Shown in pieces: positions 49,498 through 59,386 of a stretch of DNA of 64,000 nucleotides (positions within the stretch are counted from its first letter, which is position 1; each line of letters starts with the position of its first letter). The notes under the pieces were generated by a model that was given only the letters and a program-made list of their open reading frames with translations, ran no database searches and was not told where the DNA came from. The position numbers and the translations under genes were made by a program. The DNA comes from Actinomycetes bacterium (GTDB lineage: Bacteria > Actinomycetota > CALGFH01): the NCBI GenBank assembly GCA_036003705.1, contig DASYSE010000066.1:5901-69900 (forward strand). The letters run 5' to 3'.

Positions 49498-49698
49498 TTA
49501 GGGGGTCGTGCCCCGCTCGCGCTCGTCGGCCGGCGCCGGCTTGCCGCTCTCGTCGTTGTCGGTGCGGGAACCCTCGGTGATGCCCTTCTTGAACTCCTTG
49601 ATGCCGAGGCCGACGTTGCGGCCCATGGCCGGCAGCCGGCTGGCACCGAACAGGACGACGATCACGACGATGACCCAGATCCACTCCGGCCCTGGCAT
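49498..49698 (-). CDS. tatA: twin-arginine translocase subunit TatA
   Basis: MPGPEWIWVIVVIVVLFGASRLPAMGRNVGLGIKEFKKG is a canonical TatA. Confidence 0.8.
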   Translation of the reverse strand: MPGPEWIWVIVVIVVLFGASRLPAMGRNVGLGIKEFKKGITEGSRTDNDESGKPAPADERERGTTP

Positions 49699-49747
49699 TG
49701 CTCGACTCCTTCGCGTCGTGACCCGATGGCACACGCTCGGTCCGAGT

Positions 49748-49951
49748 CTACCGCTCCCCGGCCGCTCTGGCTCCCCGCTCCGACAGCCGGGCGGCGTGCT
49801 CGGCGGTCTCCTGGCTGGCGGTGCTCAGCTGGTCGAGGGCCGGGGTGAGCCGCTCCCCCAGCTGCTGCACCGACGCGGCGAGCGCCTTGAGGTTGGCCAC
49901 CATGCGCCAGACGGTGAAGGCGACGGTGATCAGCACGGCGAGCCAGAACAC
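49748..49951 (-). CDS. small membrane protein (67 aa; TM helix plus coiled-coil)
   Basis: MFWLAVLITVAFTVWRMV is followed by a helical, charged tail. Its position between tatA and the DUF5319 gene is conserved in actinobacteria. Confidence 0.4.
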   Translation of the reverse strand: MFWLAVLITVAFTVWRMVANLKALAASVQQLGERLTPALDQLSTASQETAEHAARLSERGARAAGER

Positions 49952-50035
49952 GCCGAGCAGGATGGCGAGCCAGAGCGGCAGCGTGACCTCCGGGCGGAGT
50001 GGGTGTCGGGGCCGAATGCTACCCGGTCGACCCGC

Positions 50036-50382
50036 TCAGCGGCACGCCGCCTCGAACCGGGCCCACCAGTCGGGCGACTCCAGCTCCAGGTGCAGGTCGA
50101 GCAGATCGTCCCAGGTGAGGCTCGGACCGGTGCGCGGCTCCAGGATCTCCCCTGGCGGGTCCCACGGCTGGGCCGGCACCCCGCCCGAGGTCAGCAGCCG
50201 CACCACCCGCTGGTCGGCCGGCTTGGTCACGGTCTGGTAGCACTCCGGGCAGACGAACGCGTAGAAGCTGTGCTCCGCTTCCCTGCACACCCGCAGCTCG
50301 ACGTCGGGCGGGGTCAGCTCGACCTCGCCGCAGCCCGGGCAGGTGGCTCGGATCCTCGTCGGCGGCATCGAATCGTGGCTCA
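50036..50382 (-). CDS. DUF5319-like Cys-rich small protein
   Basis: The ATG at 50382 begins MSHDSMPPTRIRATCPGCGEVELTPPD...FVCPECYQ, a four-Cys motif. Confidence 0.5.
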
Positions 50383-50550
50383 TGCCCCGGGGTATCGGCC
50401 CCGACCCCGGTTGGCTTGAGCCGCGACGGAACACCGGCCAGGTATCCGGGTTTGAGGGATTTGCGTGGTCGCCGTTGGCGGCGCGCAAGCCCCGAGGGCT
50501 GCACGGATGGCTCGGCGGCTGGCGGCGGCGCCGGATCGATGGCCGCTGTT

Positions 50551-51549
50551 CTAGGAGGCGTAGGCGGCCAGGGCGCCGCGGGTGGCGTCGGCGACGGCGT
50601 TGCGCAGCTCGGGCGGCGAAACCGGCTCGGCGTCGGGGGCCAGGCGCAGGACCAGCCGGACCAGCCAGGAGAGCTGGTGAGTGGCCAGCCGGACCCGCAG
50701 GCGGCCGTCGGGGCGGCGCTGGCTGGCGAGGATCGGGAAGTAGTCGGCCACCCACTCGACGGTGTGGCCGAGGTCCAGCTCGCATTGCAGGCCGCCGGCG
50801 AACAGCTCGAGGCCCGGCGGCTCGCCGTGGGCCGCCGGGTCGAAGCCGGCCGGGCGCTCGAACGGCTCGTCGGTCGGCCGCACCGAGACCACCCGGTCGA
50901 CGCGGAACAGCCGCTCCCCGACCGCCTTGTGGCACCAGCCGGACAGGTACCAGTGGCCGGAGGCGCTGAACACCATCCACGGGTCGACCTTGCGCCTGGT
51001 CAGCTCGCCGCGGGAGCCCGACCAGTACTCGATCTCGACCCGGCGGCCGCCGGCGGCGGCCCGGGCCAGCTCGCTGCGGTGGGTGGTCTCGGCCGGGTCG
51101 CCCTCCAGGTCGACCGAGACCTTGCCGGCCAGCTCATGGACGCGGTCCAGCTGGTCGGCGGGGAGCACCGCCTCCAGCTTGGCCAGGGCCCGGGCCAGGG
51201 CACCCTGCCCGGCCACCTCGGGCAGGGCGTCGAGGGCGCGGCCGGCCAGGTACAGGCCGGCCGCCTCCCGCCAGGTCAGCCGGGGGGCGCGGGCGAACCA
51301 GTCGGCGAAGCCGATGTGGACCTTGTCGCCGTCGACCCAGGCCTCCATCAGGTCGCCCGGGCCGTACGGCGGCACCCCGGTGACGTACAGCAGCTCCAGG
51401 TCGGCGATCAGCGTCTCCCTGGTCATGTCGAAGCGTTCGCAGACCTCGTCGACGGTCGCCCCCGGGTGGTCGAGCACCCACGGGACCAGCGCGAGCAGCC
51501 GCTGCAACCGCGCGGCGGCGCTGGTGTCGGGACTCCGTTGCGGACTCAC
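50551..51549 (-). CDS. pafC: WYL-domain transcriptional regulator PafC (proteasome accessory factor C)
   Basis: HTH, WYL and C-terminal domains are present. It pairs with the upstream pafB, with a 4-bp overlap. Synteny with tatA, tatC and helY matches mycobacteria. Confidence 0.8.
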   Translation of the reverse strand: MSPQRSPDTSAAARLQRLLALVPWVLDHPGATVDEVCERFDMTRETLIADLELLYVTGVPPYGPGDLMEAWVDGDKVHIGFADWFARAPRLTWREAAGLYLAGRALDALPEVAGQGALARALAKLEAVLPADQLDRVHELAGKVSVDLEGDPAETTHRSELARAAAGGRRVEIEYWSGSRGELTRRKVDPWMVFSASGHWYLSGWCHKAVGERLFRVDRVVSVRPTDEPFERPAGFDPAAHGEPPGLELFAGGLQCELDLGHTVEWVADYFPILASQRRPDGRLRVRLATHQLSWLVRLVLRLAPDAEPVSPPELRNAVADATRGALAAYAS

Positions 51550-52493
51550 GTCTCCACCACCGCCTGCAGGGCGGCCAGGCGGCGCTGCGCCTCTGCGCGC
51601 AGGTCGGCCGGCTCGACGATCTCCACGCTGTTGCCCAGGGCCCAGCCGAGCAGGCCGTCGCGGTCGCCGACGGGCAGGCGAAGGGTGACCAGGCCGTCGG
51701 GGCGGGGTGGCCCGGTCGGGACGGCCCCGCGCAGCTCGGCCAGCCGTGCCGCCGCCCTCGGTGCCCTGACCAACGCCATCGGCGCCCCCTCGGGCTCGCC
51801 GGCGGTCGGCAGCAGCTTGCCCGGGTCGAACCCGGCCGGGACCTCGAAGTCGGCGCCGCGGCTGGTGGGGCGGAGCTTGCGGATGTCGGACTCGATCCGG
51901 GACACGCGGAAGGACCGCAGCGCGTCCCGGTCGGCGTCGTGGCCGACCACATACCAGGTGCCACGCCGGTTGACCAGGGCGTAGGGGTCCAGTCGGCGCT
52001 CGGTGGCGGTCCTGCCGGGCGGGCGGTAGGTGAACACGATCCGCTTGCGGCCCGACACGGCCTCCAGCAGGCCGGCCAGCAGCGGGCTGGCCCCGTCCAG
52101 GTTGGCCCGGAGCGCGTCCGGCCCGGCGCCCGGGTCGAGGTCCAGCTTGGCCAGGCCGGCCACCGCCGCCGGGTCGCGGGTCGCCCCCGACCAGGCCCGC
52201 GCGGCCAGGGCCAGGGCCGCCCGCTCGTCGGGGGCCAGGTCAAGCTCGGGCATGCCGTAGGCCTCGGGGTCGATGAAATAGCCTTCCTCGCTGCCCCAGG
52301 CGTCGATCGGCGCCCGCTCGACCGGGACGCCGAGGCTGCGCAGCTCCTCCTTGTCCCGCTCGAACATGCGGCGCAGGCTCTCCCCGCTGGCCTCGTACCC
52401 CGGCACCAGCTCCGCCACCTGGTCCAGGGTGAGGGGCCTCCGGGTGTCCAGCAGCAGGGCGATCAGATTGACCAGCCGCTCCACCTTGCGCAT
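51546..52493 (-). CDS. pafB: WYL-domain transcriptional regulator PafB
   Basis: The N-terminal HTH (MRKVERLVNLIALLLDTRRPLTLDQVAE) and a WYL region (RIVFTYRPPGRTATERRLDPYALVNRRGTWYVVGHD) are present. Confidence 0.8.
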   Translation of the reverse strand: MRKVERLVNLIALLLDTRRPLTLDQVAELVPGYEASGESLRRMFERDKEELRSLGVPVERAPIDAWGSEEGYFIDPEAYGMPELDLAPDERAALALAARAWSGATRDPAAVAGLAKLDLDPGAGPDALRANLDGASPLLAGLLEAVSGRKRIVFTYRPPGRTATERRLDPYALVNRRGTWYVVGHDADRDALRSFRVSRIESDIRKLRPTSRGADFEVPAGFDPGKLLPTAGEPEGAPMALVRAPRAAARLAELRGAVPTGPPRPDGLVTLRLPVGDRDGLLGWALGNSVEIVEPADLRAEAQRRLAALQAVVET

Positions 52494-52571
52494 GCCCCGA
52501 TGCTAGTGGAAACGCCCGCCGCCTGGGGGGGGTCGTTGCTCCGGTGGGAACGACGGCGCTAGCCTGGGCCG

Positions 52572-53240
52572 ATGAGCCAGCCAGCTGGAAGCGCGCCCAC
52601 CCGACGTGCGGTCCTCGACCTCCTCAAGCGCAACGGGCCGCAGACGGTCGCGCAGCTCGGGGCCGCCCTCGGCCTCTCCGGGGTGGCGGTGCGCCGGCAC
52701 CTGGAGACGCTGGAGCACGTCGGGCTGGTCCAGCAGACGACCCGGCCCCAGGCCCGCGGCCGTCCGGCCTACGTGTACGCGCTCACCGAGCTGGGTCACG
52801 ACCTGTTCCCCCGCAACTACCACCAGCTGGTCGGCCAGCTGCTGGAGGCCGCCACCAGCCAGCTCGGCCCCGAGGCGGTGGAGCTGCTGTTCGACCACCG
52901 GCAGCGGGAGCTGGCCGAGCTCCACGCCGGCCGCACCCAGGGCCGGCCCCTGCCCGAGCTGGCCAGCGCCCTGGCCGCGATCCAGGACGAGAACGGCTAC
53001 ATGGCCGACTGCTCCAGCATGCAGGACGGCCGCTGGCTGGTCAGCGAGCACAACTGCGCCATCGCCAGGGTGGCCGGCGCCTGGCCGACCGCCTGCGCCC
53101 ACGAGCTGGCCCTGTTCCGGCAGCTGGCCGGGCCGGGCGTCGACGTCGAGCGGGTCTCCCACATCCAGGCCGGTGACCCCGTCTGCGCCTATGTGCTGCG
53201 GGCGGCGGAGCGGGACGGCCAACCTCAGCCCGGGCCCTGA
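52572..53240 (+). CDS. HTH transcriptional regulator (ArsR-like wHTH) with a Cys-rich C-terminal domain
   Basis: RRAVLDLLKRNGPQTVAQLGAALGLSGVAVRRHLETLEHVGLV is the HTH. The C-terminus has Cys/His residues that could bind metal. Confidence 0.6.
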   Translation: MSQPAGSAPTRRAVLDLLKRNGPQTVAQLGAALGLSGVAVRRHLETLEHVGLVQQTTRPQARGRPAYVYALTELGHDLFPRNYHQLVGQLLEAATSQLGPEAVELLFDHRQRELAELHAGRTQGRPLPELASALAAIQDENGYMADCSSMQDGRWLVSEHNCAIARVAGAWPTACAHELALFRQLAGPGVDVERVSHIQAGDPVCAYVLRAAERDGQPQPGP

Positions 53241-53246
53241 GCCGCG

Positions 53247-54344
53247 GTGGTCCGCATCCGCAACGGGCGGGTCATGGCGATCGGCGACCGCCGGCCGGGC
53301 GCGACCGAGCTGCGGGTCAAGATCGACGGCGAGGCCGCCGGGGCAACCGCGATCAACTACGACCAGGTCACGGGTCCGGTCGAGGTCGGCGACCTGGTGG
53401 TGCTGAACACCACCGCGGTCGAGCTCGGGCTCGGCACCGGCGGCTTCCACGTGGTCATGGCCCGGGTCGGCGGGCCGGTCGACGCCCCCGGTCCCGGCCA
53501 CGTCATCAAGGCCCGCTACACCCCGGCCCAGGTCAGGGTGCTGGCCGTCGAGGAGGAGGCCAGCCCCCACCGGGCCGCGGTCGCCGCCTGCACCGACCTC
53601 GGCGGCCTGCCGGTGGTCTGCGCCGAGCTGCACTCGATGGTGCCGGTGGTGGCGGCGGCCGCGAGGTCGGTGAGCGACCACCTGGTCGTCGCCTACGTCA
53701 TGACCGACGGAGGGGCGCTGCCGTTGGCGTTCTCACGGCTGGCCGCGCGGCTGCGCGCGGGGGGCCTGGTCGCCGGGATCGTCACCGCCGGCCAGGCGTT
53801 CGGCGGCGACCTGGAGGCGATCTCGCTGTACTCCGGCCTGGCCGCGGCCAAGGCGGTGCTCGGCGCCGACCTGGTCGTGGTCGCCCAGGGTCCTGGTGGG
53901 ATGGGCTCGGGCACCGCCTTCGGGTTCTCCGGCACCCAGGTCGCCGAGGCGGTCAACGCGACCGCCGCGCTCGGCGGCCGGCCGGTGGCCTGCCTGCGGC
54001 TGTCGGGCGCCGACCGGCGCCCGCGGCACCGCGGGGTCAGCCACCACAGCCTCACCGCCCTTGGCCGGCTGGCCCTTGCCAGCTCGACGGTGGCCGTGCC
54101 CGAGCTGGCCGACCCCGAGCTGCGCGCCCTGGTCGACCGCCAGCTCGCCGACGCCGGTGTCGCCGGCCGCCACGACCTGGTCAGGGTGGCCGCCCCCGAG
54201 CCGGCCAAGTTGCTGGCCGCCTGGGGCCTCGAGGTGACCTCGATGGGGCGGGGACCCGACCAGGACCCGCTGTTCTTCGCCGCCGCGGCCGCCGCCGGGA
54301 CCCTCGCCGGCCGCCTGGCCGCGGGCGGCCGAGCGGCCCGATGA
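53247..54344 (+). CDS. DUF3866-family protein
   Basis: 365-aa conserved actinobacterial protein. The call rests on recalled similarity. Confidence 0.55.
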   Translation: MVRIRNGRVMAIGDRRPGATELRVKIDGEAAGATAINYDQVTGPVEVGDLVVLNTTAVELGLGTGGFHVVMARVGGPVDAPGPGHVIKARYTPAQVRVLAVEEEASPHRAAVAACTDLGGLPVVCAELHSMVPVVAAAARSVSDHLVVAYVMTDGGALPLAFSRLAARLRAGGLVAGIVTAGQAFGGDLEAISLYSGLAAAKAVLGADLVVVAQGPGGMGSGTAFGFSGTQVAEAVNATAALGGRPVACLRLSGADRRPRHRGVSHHSLTALGRLALASSTVAVPELADPELRALVDRQLADAGVAGRHDLVRVAAPEPAKLLAAWGLEVTSMGRGPDQDPLFFAAAAAAGTLAGRLAAGGRAAR

Positions 54345-55855
54345 GGACCCTGGGGCGGCTGTCCGACCGCGCGGTGTTCCTGGGCTGCCTGGCCGGGCTG
54401 GTCGCCGGGGTCGGGCTGTTCCTGGTCGTGCCCCTGGCGCCGAGGTTCCTTGAGCTGCACCGGCTGCCAACCAACCGCGACTTCGACGTCGAGCTGCGTC
54501 CCCAGGGGCAGGTGACGGCGTTCTGGGTCGTCTCCATGGCCTCCTTCGCCCTGGCCGTCTGGCAGTGGCGCCGGGGCCGGCGCCCCAGCTGGGCGCTGCT
54601 GCTGGCCGGGATCGCGGTCCTCCACCTGCTCGCCCTGCTGGTCCCGCCGGTCGCCTCCAAGGACGTCTACGCCTACTCGTTCTACGGCAAGGTCCAGACC
54701 GAGTACGGCGCCAACCCCTACCTGTCGTTCCCCGACCAGCACCCGACCGACCCGTGGCACAAGTTCTGGTCGTGGCGGCTGTTCGGTCCCGTCTATGGGC
54801 CGCCGTTCCTGCTGCTGCTGCGGCTGCTGGCCATGGCGGCCGGGCCGAGCCTGCTCACCTGGGTGGTCCTGACCAAGCTGGTGCTGGTCGCGGCCGAGCT
54901 GACCGCCGTCTGGCTGCTGGTCCGCGCCCTGCGGGCCGACCCTGGGCTTGGCGAGGACCCACGCTGGCCGCTGCTGCTGATCGGCTGGAACCCGATGGTG
55001 CTGCAGTCGATCGGGATGTCGGCCCATGTCGACGCCCTGCTGCTGCTGGTGCTGGCCGGGGCCCTGCTCGCCCACCGGCGGGGCCGCCACCTGGTGGCCT
55101 TCCTGTTGCTGGTCGGCTGCTTCCTGGTCAAGGTCTACATGGGGCCGCTGGTCGCCCTGTACGTGATCTGGCTGGCCTCGGGCCGGCCGAGTCCTCGGGC
55201 CAAGGTGGCGACCGTCGCCGGGCTGGGGCTGCTCGGCGCGCTGCTGACCGCGCTCGTCTACCTGCCCTACGCCAGCGCCGGCGGCAAGCTGCTCACCAGC
55301 GCCGTCGACGTGAGCGGCCACTTCTCCAGCGGCAGCCCGCCCAACCTGGTCCGGCGGCTGCTGGCCGCGGTGCTGCCGGTGTTCGGCCTGTCCGACCCGG
55401 CGGCGGCCGCCGTGGGGGCGCGACTGGGACGGCAGCTGGCCATCGCCGGCATCCTGGTCGCGTTCGTGCTGGTCGCGCGGACGCTACGGGCCGGCGTCGA
55501 CCCGTGGCCGCGGATCGCCACCTTCTTCCTGGCCTACCTGCTGCTGACTCCCTGGGTCTTCTACTGGCACGAGGTGCCGCTGCTCGGCATCGTGGCCGCG
55601 ATCCCGTGGGGCCTGACCAGCCTGGTCGCGGTCGCCCTCTCGATCACCCTGGTGCCGCTGGCCCCGGCCGGCCCCCCGGCGGTCGGCACCGGCGCCCGCG
55701 GGTCGCCGGCCGGCGACCTGGTCGACACCCTGGCCGGGTTCGCCGGCCGCTACGGCGGCGCGTTGGTGGCCCTGTGGCTGGGCTGGCGGGCCCGCCGCCG
55801 GTCCGCGGTCGCGGCACCACCGGCGGCCGACCCGGTCGCCTCGCGGCACGGCTAG
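54341..55855 (+). CDS. polytopic membrane protein, GT87/DUF2029-like glycosyltransferase (GT-C fold)
   Basis: Twelve or more TM helices with conserved loop motifs resembling PimE/DUF2029 mannosyltransferases. The ATGA start overlaps the upstream gene. Confidence 0.6.
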   Translation: MRTLGRLSDRAVFLGCLAGLVAGVGLFLVVPLAPRFLELHRLPTNRDFDVELRPQGQVTAFWVVSMASFALAVWQWRRGRRPSWALLLAGIAVLHLLALLVPPVASKDVYAYSFYGKVQTEYGANPYLSFPDQHPTDPWHKFWSWRLFGPVYGPPFLLLLRLLAMAAGPSLLTWVVLTKLVLVAAELTAVWLLVRALRADPGLGEDPRWPLLLIGWNPMVLQSIGMSAHVDALLLLVLAGALLAHRRGRHLVAFLLLVGCFLVKVYMGPLVALYVIWLASGRPSPRAKVATVAGLGLLGALLTALVYLPYASAGGKLLTSAVDVSGHFSSGSPPNLVRRLLAAVLPVFGLSDPAAAAVGARLGRQLAIAGILVAFVLVARTLRAGVDPWPRIATFFLAYLLLTPWVFYWHEVPLLGIVAAIPWGLTSLVAVALSITLVPLAPAGPPAVGTGARGSPAGDLVDTLAGFAGRYGGALVALWLGWRARRRSAVAAPPAADPVASRHG

Positions 55856-55948
55856 CGCCGGCAGTGGAAGGAGCGGCTGGGGACGCGATCGAGCGCCCCG
55901 GGTCAGCCGGGCCGGCCAGCTCGGCCGCGGTGCACCTGTCCCGCTCGG

Positions 55949-57565
55949 TCAGGCGGTGCTGACGAGGTCGCGGCGGCGGAACCCGGCCAGCCCGGCGGCG
56001 ACCAGCACCGCAGTGGTGGCAACCAGCCACGCCAGCGGCGTCGCGGTGAACGCGGCGGCCGGCAGCCTTGGCAGGTGGGTGAACGGTGACAGGTCCAGCG
56101 CCCACTGGTCGAGCCGCAGCGGCTCCCCCAACGTCGTGATGGACAACACGACCGCCAGGACCGCCCAGGTGCCGCCGACCACCAGCCGTGGCAGCAGCCC
56201 GAACAGCGCCGCCCCGATCCCGGCCATCACCCAGACCGCCGGGAGCTGCACCAGTGCGCCGCCCAGCACCCTGGGCAGCTCGCCGGCCAGGTCGCCGACG
56301 CGGAGGCCGTGGGCGACCCCGGCCACCAGCCCGCCAGTGGCCAGCACGACCGCCGAGCCGATGGCGGCCACCAGCAGGTGGCTGCCGGCCCACCCGATCC
56401 GGGGCACCGCGGTGGCCAGCACCTGCTCGGCCCGGAGCTCGGTCTCCTCAGCGTGCAGCCGGAGGGTGGCCTGGACGGCGTAGCCGGCGGCGAGCATGCC
56501 GAGCCAGGACAGGATCGCGGCCAGGAAGATGTCGGTGATGCTGCCGGCCCCGCCGAGCCTGGCCAGCATCTTGGCGGTCTCCGGGTCCTCCGCGGCGGCT
56601 TGGACCATGTCTTGGGCGATGGCGCCGAAGGACAGGCCGGCGATGGCCGACCCGATGGTCCAGCCGAGCAGGGCGCCGCGCTGGAGCCGCCACGCCAGGG
56701 CGAGCGGGCTGCGCAGCCACGGCGGCGCGGCGGGTGGCCCCAGCCGCACCGGCAGCACCCCAGCGCCGACGTCGCGCCGGGCCAGGAGGGCCGCGACCGC
56801 CACCAGCAGGACCAGCAGCAGCGCCAGCGGCAGCAGCAGGACCCACCATTGCTCGCCGGCGAACGGCCGGAACCGCTCGGCCCAGCCGATGGGCGACAGC
56901 CACGACAGCCACGACAGCTCGGTGGCCGAGTCACCGATGGCGCGCAGCAGGAAGGCCGCGCCCAGGACCGCGAAGGCGATCCCGTTGGCGGGCCGCGCGT
57001 ACTGGGTCACCTGGCCGGTGACCGCCGCGACGCCGGCGAACACCAGGCCGTTGAGGCCACAGTCGAGAACCAGCATGATCGACCCGGTCACCGGTAGGCC
57101 CATGGCGATGAACGCCAGCGCGGTGATGGCGACCAGGACGAGGTTGACCGCCAGCACGAACAGCAGGCTGGCGGCCAGCCAGGCGTACCGGCCGACCACG
57201 CCGGCGCTCACCAGCTCGGCCCGGCCGGTCTCCTCCTCCTGTCGGGTGTGGCGGGTCACCAGCAACAGGCTCATCAGGCCGATCAGGAAGACCCACGGGG
57301 TGACCAGCTGCCAGGCGGTGGCCCCACCGTAGGTGCCGGCGTCATAGGCCGGGCCCTGCAAGGCGACCACCGCCGGGTTTGCCCCGACGCCAGCGGCGGT
57401 CCTGGCCAATTTGTCCAGTTCCGACTGCGTTGGGTACAGCGCGATGATGCTGGCGGCCTGGCTGTAGGCGTACAGGAACAGGCCGAGGATCCACACGGTC
57501 GCCACGATCCGGTCGCGGCGCAGCGCGAGCCGGAAGAGCTGGCCGGTGCCGGTGAAACCGCTCAT
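55949..57565 (-). CDS. ABC-2-type exporter permease (12-TM, fused duplicated domains)
   Basis: Large hydrophobic protein. A 4-bp overlap joins it to the upstream ATPase gene. Confidence 0.75.
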   Translation of the reverse strand: MSGFTGTGQLFRLALRRDRIVATVWILGLFLYAYSQAASIIALYPTQSELDKLARTAAGVGANPAVVALQGPAYDAGTYGGATAWQLVTPWVFLIGLMSLLLVTRHTRQEEETGRAELVSAGVVGRYAWLAASLLFVLAVNLVLVAITALAFIAMGLPVTGSIMLVLDCGLNGLVFAGVAAVTGQVTQYARPANGIAFAVLGAAFLLRAIGDSATELSWLSWLSPIGWAERFRPFAGEQWWVLLLPLALLLVLLVAVAALLARRDVGAGVLPVRLGPPAAPPWLRSPLALAWRLQRGALLGWTIGSAIAGLSFGAIAQDMVQAAAEDPETAKMLARLGGAGSITDIFLAAILSWLGMLAAGYAVQATLRLHAEETELRAEQVLATAVPRIGWAGSHLLVAAIGSAVVLATGGLVAGVAHGLRVGDLAGELPRVLGGALVQLPAVWVMAGIGAALFGLLPRLVVGGTWAVLAVVLSITTLGEPLRLDQWALDLSPFTHLPRLPAAAFTATPLAWLVATTAVLVAAGLAGFRRRDLVSTA

Positions 57566-58506
57566 CGCCGCGGCCCCTCCCGGGTGGGCTGCCCGTCCCC
57601 GCCGGGGGTCGCAGCCTGCTCGGCCTGGTAGTGGCGCAGGAACAGCTCCTCCAGCGTGGGCGGCTGGCTGGTTAGGCTGCGCACCCCCACCGAGGTGAGC
57701 CGGCGCAGCGCCGCGTCCAGCGCCTGGTTGTCGACCTGGAAGTGCACCCGGGTGCCGTCCAGCACCAGGTTGTGCACGCCGGCCAGCTCCAGCAGCCCGT
57801 CCGGCGGGCGGGCCAGCTCGGCCGAGATTGAGGTGCGGGTCAGGTGGCGCAGCTCAGCCAGGGTGCCGGACTCCACGATGCGCCCGGCGCGGATGATGCT
57901 GACCCGCTCGCACAGCGCCTCCACCTCGGCCAGGATGTGGCTGGACAGCAGCACCGTCCGCCCGCGGGCGCGTTCCTCGTTGTTGATCCAGTCGCGGAAG
58001 GCGGCCTCCATCAGCGGGTCCAGGCCCGCGGTCGGCTCATCGAGCAACAGGAGCTCGACGTCGGAGGCGAGCGCGGCGATCAGGGCGACCTTTTGGCGGT
58101 TGCCCTTGGAGTAGCTGCGGGCCTTCTTGCGCGGGTCCAGGTCGAACCGCTCCAGCAGGCTGGACTTGCGCTTGGGGTCCAGCCCGCCGCGCAGCCGGCC
58201 CAGCAGGTCGATGACCTCGCCGCCGGACAGGTTGGGCCACAGGGTGACGTCGCCGGGCACGTAGGCCAGTCGGCGGTGCAGCGTGACCGCATCACGCCAG
58301 GGGTCGCCGCCGAGCAGCTCCGCCTGGCCGGCGTCGGCGCGCAGCAGGCCGAGCAGGATGCGGATGGTGGTGGTCTTGCCGGCACCGTTAGGGCCGAGGA
58401 AGCCGTGCACCTCGCCGGTGCGGACCTCCAGGTCGAGCCCGTCGAGGGCTCGCGTGGGGCCGAAGGTCTTGACCAGGCCCGAGATGGAGATGGCGGTAGC
58501 ATCCAT
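57562..58506 (-). CDS. ABC transporter ATP-binding protein
   Basis: Walker A (GPNGAGKTT), signature ([15 protein letters not shown]) and Walker B ([11 protein letters not shown]) are present. Confidence 0.9.
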   Translation of the reverse strand: MDATAISISGLVKTFGPTRALDGLDLEVRTGEVHGFLGPNGAGKTTTIRILLGLLRADAGQAELLGGDPWRDAVTLHRRLAYVPGDVTLWPNLSGGEVIDLLGRLRGGLDPKRKSSLLERFDLDPRKKARSYSKGNRQKVALIAALASDVELLLLDEPTAGLDPLMEAAFRDWINNEERARGRTVLLSSHILAEVEALCERVSIIRAGRIVESGTLAELRHLTRTSISAELARPPDGLLELAGVHNLVLDGTRVHFQVDNQALDAALRRLTSVGVRSLTSQPPTLEELFLRHYQAEQAATPGGDGQPTREGPRR

Positions 58507-58510
58507 AGTG

Positions 58511-58546
58511 CTTCACAAGGTACACTCGCTTCACACACTTGTGAAG
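58511..58546. promoter_or_regulatory. Perfect 9-bp inverted repeat CTTCACAAG-N18-CTTGTGAAG in the divergent promoter region between the ABC exporter and the MarR-like regulator; candidate operator
   Basis: cttcacaag is at 58511-58519 and cttgtgaag at 58538-58546. This is a locally AT-richer segment in a 72% GC genome. A third partial copy (cttcacac) lies between them. Confidence 0.6.
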
Positions 58547-58567
58547 TAAGGGAATCGTCAATCTTGT

Positions 58568-59095
58568 ATGGCGGTGCAGGGCCGCCGGAGAGGATGCGGC
58601 GTGGCTGGGGGCGCAGCTACCGGGCGCGACGACGAGGCGATCCGCCGCTTCATCGAACGGTTCGCCCTGAACCTGTCCGAGGCGGGGATGCCGCGCATGC
58701 CCGCGCGGGTGTTCGCCGGGATCCTCGTCGCCGAAGACGGCCGGCAGACCGCGGCCGAGCTGGCCGAGCTGCTGCAGGCCAGCCCGGCGGCGATCTCCGG
58801 CGCCGTGCGCTACCTGACGCAGCTGCGGCTGGTGTCGCGCGAGCGCGAGCCCGGGGAACGGGTTGACCACTACCGGGTCTCCAGCGACACCTGGTATGAG
58901 GCAGTCACCCGCCGGGACCAGATGATCGCCCGATGGGAGCAGGACCTCCAGGAGGGGATCAAGGCCGTCGGGCCGGACACGCCGGCGGGCGCGCGGCTGG
59001 AGGAGACCCGAGCGTTCTTCGAGTTCCTCCGCGACGAGATCCTCGAAGTGATGGCCAGGTGGCGAAAGCAGCGCCTGGCCGACCCCGCCAGGTGA
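58568..59095 (+). CDS. MarR/GbsR-like wHTH transcriptional regulator; start uncertain
   Basis: FIERFALNLSEAGMPRMPARVFAGILVAEDGRQTAAELAELLQASPAAISGAVRYL is a GbsR/MarR-type wHTH. It is divergent from the exporter. Confidence 0.65.
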   Translation: MAVQGRRRGCGVAGGAATGRDDEAIRRFIERFALNLSEAGMPRMPARVFAGILVAEDGRQTAAELAELLQASPAAISGAVRYLTQLRLVSREREPGERVDHYRVSSDTWYEAVTRRDQMIARWEQDLQEGIKAVGPDTPAGARLEETRAFFEFLRDEILEVMARWRKQRLADPAR

Positions 59096-59386
59096 CGGCC
59101 GGCCTGCGGCTCGACGATTGTGGCGACCGGCCGCAGACGGTGGTGGCGCTGTCGGCGAGCGCCGATGCCGGCCCTGCCCGGTCGCCTCACGAGCCGGCAG
59201 GCGGCCTCCACCTTTGGGGCCATCGACCCAGCCACCAAGTGGTGGGCGCGCAGCTTGGCCGGATGCGCCGAGCGCCGCCGGAGCGCAGCGGCCGGGGGGT
59301 CCGGGGGGCGGAACGGAGCGATGCGCAGCGGTGCCCCCGGGTGAATCAAGAACCGCCCAACGTGCCGCGGCGAGGGCTGGATCGGA

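Noticed and set aside
52572-59350. Mobile element / genomic island with integrase between pafB and pafA
   Set aside because: No integrase, transposase, tRNA or flanking direct repeats were seen. The block is kept as a finding for its synteny break only, not called a mobile element.
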